A DNA stretch of 64,000 bases. It comes from Pristiophorus japonicus (Eukaryota). The stretch spans positions 3,472,001 to 3,536,000 of the forward strand of contig NC_091999.1 of the NCBI RefSeq assembly GCF_044704955.1, written 5' to 3'. Position 1 is the stretch's first letter. The number at the start of each line of letters is the position of its first letter. Shown in pieces: positions 26,010 through 36,599 of this stretch. The notes beneath the pieces are model-generated. The model saw nothing but the letters and a program-made list of their open reading frames with translations, was not told the DNA's origin and did no database searches. The translations under genes and the position numbers were made by a program.

Positions 26010-26530
26010 TGCTAAGGAGGGATATACTTGCATTGAAGGCTGTCACGAGGTTGATTCCAGAGGTGAGGGGGTTGACTTTATGAAGGTAGGTTGAGTAGGT
26101 TGGGCCTATACACATTGGAGTTCAGAAGAATAAGAGGTGATCTTATTGAAACTTATAAGATAATGAGGGGGCTCGACAAGGTGGATGCAGAGAGGATGTT
26201 TCCACTGATGGGGGAGACTAGAACTAGGGGGCATGATCTTAGAATAAGGGGCCGCCCATTTAAAACTGAGATGAGGAGGAATTTCTTCTCTCAGAGGTTT
26301 GTAAATCTGTGGAATTCTCTGCCCCAGAGAGCTGTGGAGGCTGGGTCATTGAATATATTTAAGGTGGAGATAGACAGATTTTTGAGCGATAAGGGAGTGA
26401 AGGGATATGGGGAGCGGGCGGGGAAGTGGAGCTGAGTCCATGATCAGATCAGCCATAATCTTATTGAATGGCGGAGCAGGCTCGAGGGGCCGAATGGCCG
26501 ACTCCTGCTCCTATTTCTAACGTTCTGATG
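26010..26530 (+). mobile_element. CR1 LINE 3' end
   Basis: ORF 26091-26435 plus tail. Confidence 0.9.
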
Positions 26531-27119
26531 TTCTGCAGCTGGCCCCCTGCCCCTGGGCCTCCAACCCACCCTCCCCTCTCTGCCCCGTCTCTCCCGGTCT
26601 CTGTATCTCACACCTGCCCGATCCCCCTCCCAACATTCCCCCTCATCCCGCCGTACAATCTGAAAGAGGTAACCATGCTTTCTGTCCCAATATACATTTT
26701 GCTTTTAAAAGAAAGAAACAATCTCCGGGCGGGTTTTAAGCCGCGGAGACGTGGTTGGGGCCTGAGCCACGGAAGGCCGGGAGTGGGTTTAATGAGGAGG
26801 CTGTGCTGGGCCAAGCTAGACCGGCAGTAGAATGCAGCCTGTACGTTTTCTAGACTTCTTTCATATTGTATCAGTACTGTTGGGCTAATTAAACATTTGA
26901 GGAATATTAAATAAAAACCTCGCTGCTCTTTATTGGCATCTCATCGCTCTGCCTCGGGTCCACCTCCGATCGCTGGCAGGAGAGAGGGAACTCAAAAAGG
27001 GGGCCCTGAGTGGGGGGGGGGGGGGGGGGGGGGTCGGGTCAGTGGGTCAGGTGCTGACCTGACCTTTCATCCTCGAGGGACCTGGGGTCAGATCCGGTTC
27101 CGGACACACAAGAGATTCA

Positions 27120-29010
27120 ACAACAACAACTTGTATTTATATAGTGCCTTTAACGTAGTGAAACATCGTCACAGGAGTATTGATAGATAAAAATGTTGAC
27201 ATCGAGCCCCATAAGTAGAAATTAGGGCAGGTGACCAAAAGCTTGGCCAAAGAGGTCGGTTTTAAGGAGCATCTTGCTGGAGGAAAGAGAGGTAGAGAGG
27301 CGGAGAGGTTTAGGGAGGGAGTTCCAGAGCTTGGGGTCCAGGCAACAGAAGGCACGGCCACCGATGGTGGAGCGATTATAACCAGGGATGCTCAAGAGGG
27401 CAGAATTAGAGGAGCGCAGACATCTCGGGGGGTTGTGGGGCTGGAGGAGATAACAGAGATAGGGAGGGGCGAGGGCCATGGAGAGATTTGTAAACAAGGA
27501 TGAGAATTTTGAAATCGATGTGTTGCCTAAACGGGAGCCAATGTAGGTCAGCGAGCACAGAGGGTGATGGGTGAGCGGGACTTGGTGTGAGTTCGGACAC
27601 GGGGCAGTGAGCACAGGGGGTGATGGGTGAGTGGGACTTGGTGCGAGTTAGGACACGGGGCAGTGAGCACAGGGGGTGATGGGTGAGCGGGGCTTGGTGC
27701 GAGTTAGGACACGGGGCAGTGAGCACAGCGGGTGATGGGTGAGCGGGGCTTGGTGCGAGTTAGGACATGGGGCAGCGAGCACAGGGGGTGATGGGTGAGC
27801 GGGGCTTGGTGCGAGTTAGGACACGGGGCAGTGAGCACAGGGGGTGATGGGTGAGCGGGACTTGGTGCGAGTTAGGACACGGGGCAGTGAGCACAGGGGA
27901 TGATGGGTGAGCGGGACTCGGTGCGAGTTAGGACATGGGGCAGCGAGCACAGGGGGTGATGGGTGAGCGGGGCTTGGTGCGAGTTAGGACACGGGGCAGT
28001 GAGCACAGGGGGTGATGGGTGAGCGGGACTTGGTGCGAGTTAGGACACGGGGCAGTGAGCACAGGGGATGATGGGTGAGCGGGACTTGGTGCGAGTTAGG
28101 ACACGGGGCAGTGAGCACAGGGGGTGATGGGTGAGTGGGGCTTGGTGCGAGTTAGGACACGGGGCAGTGAGCACAGGGGGTGATGGGTGACCGGGACTCG
28201 GTGCGAGTTAGGACACGGGGCAGTGAGCACAGGGGGTGATGGGTGAGTGGGACTGGGTGCGAGTTAGGACACGGGGCAGCGAGCACAGTGGGTGATGGGT
28301 GAATGGGACTTGGTGCGAGTTAGGACACGGGGCAGTGAGCACAGGGGGTGATGGGTGAGCGGGACTCGGTGCGAGTTAGGACACGGGGCAGCGAGCACAG
28401 GGGGTGATGGGTGAGTGGGACTCGGTGCGAGTTAGGACACGGGGCAGCGAGCACAGGGGGTGATGGGTGAGCGGGACTTGGTGCGAGTTAGGACACGGGG
28501 CAGCGAGCACAGGGGGTGATGGGTGAGTGGGACTCGGTGCGAGTTAGGACACGGGGCAGCGAGCACAGGGGGTGATGGGTGAGCGGGACTTGGTGCGAGT
28601 TAGGACACGGGGCAGCAAGCACAGGGGGTGATGGGTGAGCGGGACTCGGTGCGAGTTAGGACACGGGGCAGCGAGCACAGGGGGTGATGGATGAGCGGGA
28701 CTCGGTGCGAGTTAGGACACGGGGGCAGCGAGCAAAGGGGGGTGATGGGTGAGCGGGACTCGGTGCGAGTTAGGACACGGGGCAGTGAGCACAGGAGGCG
28801 ATGGGTGAGCGGGACTGGGTGCGAGTTAGGACACGGGGCAGCCGAGTTTTGGATCACCTCTAGTTTACGTCAGGTAGAATGTGGGAGGCCGGCCAGGAGT
28901 GTGTTGGGATAGTCAAGTCTAGAGATAACAAAGGCATGGGTGAGGGCTTGAGCAGCAGATGAGCTGAGGCAGGGGTGGAGACGGGTGATGTTACGGAGGC
29001 GGTCTTAGTT
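27120..29010 (-). mobile_element. L2 LINE 3' part with 56-bp tandem array (about 27550-28842)
   Basis: LHWLP, GGRAF..PKLWNSLP motifs and (TTG)n tail. Confidence 0.9.
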
Positions 29011-29457
29011 ACGTCGGAAGCTTTATGGTCGATATAAAAAATCAGCAAGCTGTTGAATCGTGGGGTTTTTAATTGAAAAGTGCACCCGAAACAGCACTCG
29101 ACACAGCGAGTGAGCTGGGCCACTGTCTAACACTTGGGTTACCATGGAGACACTGAGGCCTCCCAGAAAAGGCTGCCCCACCTGCAACGCTGGAATTGCA
29201 GTGGGTTGAGTCATGCTGACCGCTCAAAAATCGAAGGCCGACACGCCAGTACCGAGGGAGCTCTGCGCCGTCAGAGGCACCGTCTTTCAGGTGAGATGTT
29301 AAAGCGAGGCCCCGCCTGCCCTCTTGGGCGGACGTAAAAGATTCCACGGCCAATATTGGAAGAAGAGCGGGGGTAGTTCTGCCCCAGTGTCCTGGGGCCC
29401 GATATTTATCGCTCAACCAACATCACTCAAAACAGTCGATCTGGTCAATTTATCACA

Positions 29458-30745
29458 GTGCTGTGTGCGGGAGCGTGCTGTGTGCGGGAGCGTGCTGTGT
29501 GCGGGAGCTTGCTGTGTGCGGGAGCGTGCTGTGTGCGGGAGCTTGCTGTGTGCGGGAGTGTGCGGGAGCGTGCTGTGTGCGGGAGCGTGCTGTGTGCGGG
29601 AGCGTGCTGTGTGCGGGAGCGTGCTGTGTGCGGGAGCGTGCTGTGTGCGGGAGCGTGCTGTGTGCGGGAGCTTGCTGTGTGCGGGAGCGTGCTGTGTGCG
29701 GGAGCTTGCTGTGTGCGGGAGTGTGCGGGAGCATGCTGTGTGCGGGAGCTTGCTGTGTGCGGGAGTGTGCGGGAGCGTGCTGTGTGCGGGAGCTTGCTGT
29801 GTGCGGGAGCTTGCTGTGTGCGGGAGTGTGCGGGAGCGTGCTGTGTGCGGGAGCGTGCTGTGTGCGGGAGCGTGCTGTGTGCGGGAGCGTGCTGTGTGCG
29901 GGAGCGTGCTGTGTGCGGGAGCGTGCTGTGTGCGGGAGCTTGCTGTGTGCGGGAGCTTGCTGTGTGCGGGAGCGTGCTGTGTGCGGGAGCTTGCTGTGTG
30001 CGGGAGTGTGCTGTGTGCGGGAGCGTGCTGTGTGCGGGAGTGTGCGGGAGCGTGCTGTGTGCGGGAGCGTGCTGTGTGCGGGAGCGTGCTGTGTGCGGGA
30101 GCGTGCTGTGTGCGGGAGCGTGCTGTGTGCGGGAGCGTGCTGTGTGCGGGTGTGTGCGGGAGCGTGCTGTGTGCGGGAGCGTGCTGTGTGCGGGAGCGTG
30201 CTGTGTGCGGGAGTGTGCGGGAGCGTGCTGTGTGCGGGAGCGTGCTGTGTGCGGGAGCGTGCTGTGTGCGGGAGCGTGCTGTGTGCGGGAGCTTGCTGTG
30301 TGCGGGAGCGTGCTGTGTGCGGGAGCGTGCTGTGTGCGGGAGCGTGCTGTGTGCGGGAGCGTGCTGTGTGCGGGAGCGTGCTGTGTGCGGGAGCTTGCTG
30401 TGTGCGGGAGCGTGCTGTGTGCGGGAGCGTGCTGTGTGCGGGAGCGTGCTGTGTGCGGGAGCGTGCTGTGTGCGGGAGCGTGCTGTGTGCGGGAGCGTGC
30501 TGTGTGCGGGAGCGTGCTGTGTGCGGGAGCGCGGGAGCGTGCTGTGTGCGGGAGCGTGCTGTGTGCGGGAGCGTGCTGTGTGCGGGAGCGTGCTGTGTGC
30601 GGGAGCGTGCTGTGTGCGGGAGCGTGCTGTGTGCGGGAGCTTGCTGTGTGCGGGAGCGTGCTGTGTGCGGGAGTGTGCGGGAGCGTGCTGTGTGCGAGAG
30701 CTTGCTGTGTGCGGGAGTTTGCTGTGTGCAGGAGCTTGCTGTGAG
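29458..30745 (+). repeat. 17-bp minisatellite (gggagcgtgctgtgtgc) expanded inside a DeuSINE (about 29245-30790)
   Basis: SINE sequence resumes on both sides of the array. Confidence 0.92.
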
Positions 30746-31119
30746 CAAATTGGCTGCTGCCTCTACTAGTTAACGACAGTGACTATACAAAATCCTCCAT
30801 TTAAAGCTCCTGAGGCGGTGATCGTCACAGGCGGGCCCTCGAACCAGGATGACTTGCTTCCACATGTGTTCACAGATATTTCGATGAAGGACCCGATGTT
30901 CCAGCCCTGAACTCCAGTTGAGGGGGTGGAAGATGCCTGTGCGTGGACTTTTTAAAATCAGCCACCACACGGGCGCGACAGAGCTCGGCCTTTATCCAGT
31001 GGCAACGGTTGAACCAGGACAACTGGAGACCGGCCCTGCTGCACGGACCCAGTGCGCACACATATCGCACAGTGTGGGCTGGGCCCTTGCTGCCCCTGGG
31101 CCCTCGGCTCTTCAAGGCC

Positions 31120-31453
31120 AATCTTTCCAATTCTTTGTCAAATCACAAACGCCAGAGGTCACCTTGCACACATCAAGGATCACTCTGCGCCAATGCTCTT
31201 AGCCAAAAGGCCGAGAGCCACTGCACCGTTCCTGGAAGTACTGCAATACCAGGTTCGTGCCATGGAGGTGGATGGGTCAGGCCCCCCACACACCTCCGTG
31301 GAGGTGGATGGGTCAATCCACCCCACCCACCTCCTATTTCCAAAAAGCATAGGAGAACCACCTTCCTGATCCAGGGAGAACCACTTTGGGGTCATGGTTA
31401 CTCCCCTGTCAGGTCAGTTACGCATGATCTTAGCCAAAAGGCCGAGAAGCGAT
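31120..31453 (-). mobile_element. U2/U1 snRNA-chimeric retroposon (SINEU-like) with 11-bp TSD
   Basis: Starts at U2 nt 1 (ATCGCTTCTCGGCCTTTTGGCTAAGATCA). It continues with a U1-like 5' part, U2 Sm-site and 3' stem-loop parts, a second U2 5' copy and a unique tail. TSD TCTTCAAGGCC at 31109-31119 and 31454-31464. Confidence 0.88.
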
Positions 31454-32639
31454 TCTTCAAGGCCCCCGTACCCTCATTCGCCGCACCTTCACCCACAGTG
31501 TTCCGGGGCCCAGCGCTCCAGCTCTATTTATAGCCCCGACCTGCCGTGGTGTTCTCACACAGGTCGGGGCGGCCCACTCAAACTAAGTGACAACTGAAAC
31601 ACACCAGTAAGTTGACATCAAAAAGATGTCCTGAGTAACAAGGAACAACGCATTTTAATAATGTTTATTAAAAGTAGGTTCACACAGCTACAGCAAGCAA
31701 TTTTAAATGGTGCATTCATACTGTGCATCTCATTACTGCAGAGTCGGTTCCCTGGTATAATTACAACGTGAGTTTGGAATTTTTTGCTGGGTGTGAGACA
31801 ATCTGCAGGAAATAGTCTTGTGCTACTGCAGCTTCACAACCAGCTTGATGCAATATTTTTTAAAATTTAAGTTTGAAACAAATTGGGGCAGTCAGTCCAT
31901 TGAAAGACACTGCTGAAATACAAGTTCTTTCTTTCGATCGGTGCAGTCAGTCAGGTGAAGGATCTATCAATGAGGATATGGGAAGGCAACATTCAATCCC
32001 AGCAGGAAGCAGGAATAGAGCTAGAAACATAGAAAATAGGAGCAGGAGTCGGCCATTCGGCCCCTCGAGCCTGCACCGGCATTTAATACGATCATGGCTG
32101 ATCTTCGACCTCAACTCCACTTTCCCGCTCGAGGGGGAGTAACTGGTTCTCCGCAGGGAACAAGGATAGAGTTCGAGGTGGGGGGGGGGGGGGTAAATGG
32201 GTCCCAGCAGGGAACAGGAATAGAACATGAGCAATAGGTGCAGGTGCAGGCCATTCGGCCCCTCGAGCCTGCTCCGCCATTTAATACGATCATGGCTGAT
32301 CTTCGACCTCAACTCCACTTTCCCGCACTATCCCCATATCCCTTCATTACCTTAACGGCCAAAAATCTATCCATCTCGGTCTTGAATATATTCAAAGACT
32401 TGAGCCTCCACAGCCCTCTGGGGCAGAGAATTCCAAAGAAGCACAACTCTGAGTGAAGGCATTTCTCCTCATCTCAGTCCTAAATAGCTGACCTCTTATC
32501 CTAAGACTGTGACCCCTCCAGACTCCAGAGAATATAGGCCCATTCTACTCAATAAAGCTGTGGTTATGTTTGTGGGGGCGGGGGGGGGGGTCGGGAAGGA
32601 AGCACAAAGGGAAATGGGTGTGGGTCTGGGCCTGTGATG

Positions 32640-33570
32640 ATTGGTCTCCAACAACCACAACCATCTGCCTTTGTGACATGGGTGTCCTTGGTGCTCCATC
32701 ACTGCAGGCGTTCCTCAGGGCAGTGTCCTCGGCCCAACCAGCTTCAGCTGCTTCATCAATGACCTTCCCTCCATCATAGGGTCAGAAGTGGGGATGTTCG
32801 CTGCACAGTGTTCAGTTCCATTCTCAACGCCTCCGATAATGGAGCGGTCCGTGCCCACATGCAGCAAGACCTGGACAACATTCAGGCTTGGGCTGATAAG
32901 TGGCAAGTAACATCCGCGCCACACAAGTGCCAGGCAATGACCATCTCCAACAAGCGAGAGTCTTACCACCGCCACTTGACATTCAACGGCATTCCCATCG
33001 CCGAATCCCCCACCGTCAACATCCTGGGGGTCACCATTGACCAGAAACTTAACTGGACCAGCCATAAATACTGTGGCTACAGGAGCGGATCAGAGGCTGG
33101 GTATTCTGCGGTGAGTGTCTCTCCTCCCGACTCCCCAAAGCCTTTCCACCATCTACAAGACGCAAGTCAGGAGTGTGATGGAACACTCCCCACTTGCCTG
33201 GATGAGTTCAGCTCCAACAACACTCGAGAAGCTCGACACCATCCAGGACAAAGCAGGCCGCTCGATCGACACGCTCCCCACCACCTTCAACACTCACTCC
33301 CTCCACCACCGGCGCACCGTGGCTGCAGTGTGCACCGTCTACAAGATGCACTGCAGCAACTCGCCAAGGCTTCTTCGGCAGCACCTCCCAAACCCGCGAC
33401 CTCTACCACCTAGAAAATCCTGGAACTCCCTCCCTAACAGCACTGTGGGAGCACCTTCACCACACGGACTGCAGCGGTTCAAGAAGGCGGATCACCACCA
33501 CCTTCTCCAGGGGCAATTAGGGATGGCCAATAAATTCCGGCCTTGCCAGCGGCGCCCACATCCCCAGGAC
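32640..33570 (+). mobile_element. Second CR1-like LINE family, 3' part
   Basis: [10 protein letters not shown]-like DNA, QQDLDNIQAWADKWQV, YKTQVRSVMEHSPLAW. Confidence 0.85.
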
Positions 33571-33584
33571 AATTTTTACGGTAA

Positions 33585-33855
33585 AGCAGAGTAAAGCTCC
33601 CATAACACTGTCCCATCAAACACTCCCAGGGCAGGTACAGCACGGGTTAGATACAGAGTAAAGCTCCCTCTACACTGTCCCATCAAACACTCCCAGGGCA
33701 GGTACAGCACGGGTTAGATACAGAGTAAAGCTCCCTCTACACTGTCCCATCAAACACTCCCGGGGCAGGTACAGCACGGGGTTAGATACAGAGTAAAGCT
33801 CCCTCTGCACTGTCCCATCAAACACTCCCAGGGCAGGTACAGCACGGGTTAGACA
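33585..33855. repeat. About 67-bp tandem repeat, 4 copies
   Basis: acagagtaaagctccctctacactgtcccatcaaacactcccagggcaggtacagcacgggttagat. Confidence 0.9.
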
Positions 33856-34069
33856 GATAAAGATAGACACAGATGCAGGGAGAGAGAGAAGGAGGGAGTG
33901 GATGGTAGACACAGAGGAAGTAATATTTGGAGACAAAGAGACAGACAGAAGGAGACAGCAAGAAAGAACAGAGTGGATATAATGGAGCTAGTAAAATAAG
34001 ATGAGACAGAAGAAAAACAGAAAGTGCTGGAGAGGATTTACTGACGAAGAAACAGTTCATTTTTCAGGT

Positions 34070-35410
34070 CGAGGGGAAGAGAGAGGAGTAGACAGAAGGA
34101 GAGACAGAAACGAGGGATGGACAGAAGGAGACAGATAGAAGGAGAGAGAGAGATCAAAGGAGAGAGACAGAAACGAGGGATTGACGGGAGGGAGGTAGTC
34201 AGACAGGGGAGAGACAGACAGACAGGAGAGAGAGAGGTAGACAGGAGAGAGACAGAAACGAGGGATTGACAGAAGGGGAGAGAGAGAGAGGAGACAGACA
34301 GACAGAAGGAGAGAGAGAGAGAGAGACGAGACAGATAGGAGAGAGGGAGACAGACAGACAGAAGGAGAGAGAGGGAGACAGGAGACAGACAGACAGAAGG
34401 AGAGAGAGAGAGAGAGAGACGAGACAGATAGAAGGAGAGAGGGAGACAGACAGACAGAAGGAGAGAGAGGGAGACAGGAGACAGACAGACAGAAGGAGAG
34501 AGAGAGAGAGACGAGACAGAAGGAGAGTGAGGGAGACAGGAGACAGACAGAAGGAGAGTGAGGGAGACAGGAGACAGACAGACAGAAGGAGAGTGAGGGA
34601 GACAGGAGACAGACAGACAGAAGGAGAGTGAGGGAGACAGGAGACAGACAGACAGAAGGAGAGTGAGGGAGACAGGAGACAGACAGACAGAAGGAGAGTG
34701 AGGGAGACAGGAGACAGACAGACAGAAGGAGAGTGAGGGAGACAGGAGACAGACAGACAGAAGGAGAGAGAGGGAGACAGGAGACAGACAGACAGAAGGA
34801 GAGTGAGGGAGACAGGAGACAGACAGACAGAAGGAGAGAGAGGGAGACAGGAGACAGACAGACAGAAGGAGAGTGAGGGAGACAGGAGACAGACAGACAG
34901 AAGGAGAGTGAGGGAGACAGGAGACAGACAGACAGAAGGAGAGTGAGGGAGACAGGAGACAGACAGACAGAAGGAGAGAGAGAGAGAGACGAGACAGAAG
35001 GAGAGAGGGAGACAGACAGAAGGAGAGAGAGGGAGACAGGAGACAGACAGACAGAAGGAGAGAGGGAGACAGACAGACAGAAGGAGAGTGAGGGAGACAG
35101 GAGACAGACAGACAGAAGGAGAGTGAGGGAGACAGGAGACAGACAGACAGAAGGAGAGTGAGGGAGACAGGAGACAGACAGACAGAAGGAGAGAGGGAGA
35201 CAGACAGACAGAAGGAGAGTGAGGGAGACAGGAGACAGACAGACAGAAGGAGAGTGAGGGAGACAGGAGACAGACAGACAGAAGGAGAGTGAGGGAGACA
35301 GGAGACAGACAGACAGAAGAAGAGTGAGGGAGACAGGAGACAGACAGACAGAAGGAGAGAGAGAGAAATGAGGGATTGACCGAAGGAGAGAGAAATGGAG
35401 CGAGAGGGAG
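34070..35410. repeat. Purine-rich minisatellite (about 35-bp unit)
   Basis: gagacaggagacagacagacagaaggagagtgagg repeats. Confidence 0.92.
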
Positions 35411-36009
35411 AGTTGAATGTTTTAAGAGGGAGAGTGGGACATGGAGACTGCTGGGACTGTGATTCTCTTTCGTGGTTCAGTGACGGTCGAATTGTGGTGG
35501 AATATCCCCGAGATGACGGGTGACGAGAGAGGCACATGTTGCAGGATGGAAGGATTTGGAACAACGAAGCGTGAGTTAGATTCCTGCCCTATTTCACTCG
35601 GGCCTCCAGCCCACCTGCCCCCCGGGTTATTGACTTCATTCCTGCTCCGTCGCACCACAGAATGACTGCTGCCTCTCTGGAGGCTGTCAGTGTGTCGCTG
35701 TCAGTGATGTGCCCGGTGCTGCCCGCTGGTGAATGTGTTTGCTGCTGCTGTCACTGCAGTCCGTCACCACCCCCACTCTCGATAAGGGTTATATTTGGAG
35801 CTCGAAGTAAAGCAGGTGCTTCCCGTAGTTTGAAAATAGTCCTGCTGTTTCCCTTCTGAAAGGTCGAAAATACTCGGCACAGCAGGTGTGGGGGGGAAGT
35901 GAAACCTGAGTCTCCCCCCTCCCTGTTCGTCTACTGCTCTCTCTGACCCTTTCTGTCCCTCTCTCTGAATCTCTCTATCTCTATTTATGCCCCTTTGTTT
36001 TTCTGTCTG

Positions 36010-36240
36010 NNNNNNNNNNNNNNNNNNNNNNNNNNNNNNNNNNNNNNNNNNNNNNNNNNNNNNNNNNNNNNNNNNNNNNNNNNNNNNNNNNNNNNNNNNN
36101 NNNNNNNNNNNNNNNNNNNNNNNNNNNNNNNNNNNNNNNNNNNNNNNNNNNNNNNNNNNNNNNNNNNNNNNNNNNNNNNNNNNNNNNNNNNNNNNNNNNN
36201 NNNNNNNNNNNNNNNNNNNNNNNNNNNNNNNNNNNNNNNN
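36010..36240. other. Assembly gap
   Basis: Run of N inside CT-rich sequence. Confidence 1.
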
Positions 36241-36599
36241 TCTCTCTAACTGTCTGTCTTTCTCTGTCTATGCGTCTCTCTCTATCTCTGTTTTTCTCTG
36301 TCTCTGTCTTTCTCTCTCTTTTTCTCTCTCTCTCTCTGTCTCTGTATTTTTCTCTGTCTCTTATCTCTCTGTCACTCTCTCTCTCTCTCTCTGTCTCTTT
36401 CTCTCTTTGTCTCTATGCGGGGAATTTTAACCCCCAGGAACCGGGTGGGTTGGTGTCTGGTGGGAATTAAAAAACTGCAGAAATGTGAAGTGTGATCGCA
36501 AACCGGCTCCAGCGCTGGGGTTTAAGGTCGGTGCGTTTGGCCGCGGGCTAGAGTGGGTGAGACCGATAGCACGGGGTAAATGAGGCACTTTGGAATGGA

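Noticed and set aside
29324-30773. Long Cys-rich ORFs resembling keratin-associated proteins
   Set aside because: Translation of a 17-bp minisatellite that is open in several frames.
31120-31453. Functional U2 or U1 snRNA gene
   Set aside because: The U2 middle (about nt 36-95) is missing, U1 is partial with an altered 5' splice-site pairing sequence, and the element is flanked by a TSD inside another repeat.
34038-35564. 508-aa Leu/Ser-rich ORF
   Set aside because: Reverse translation of a GA-rich repeat.
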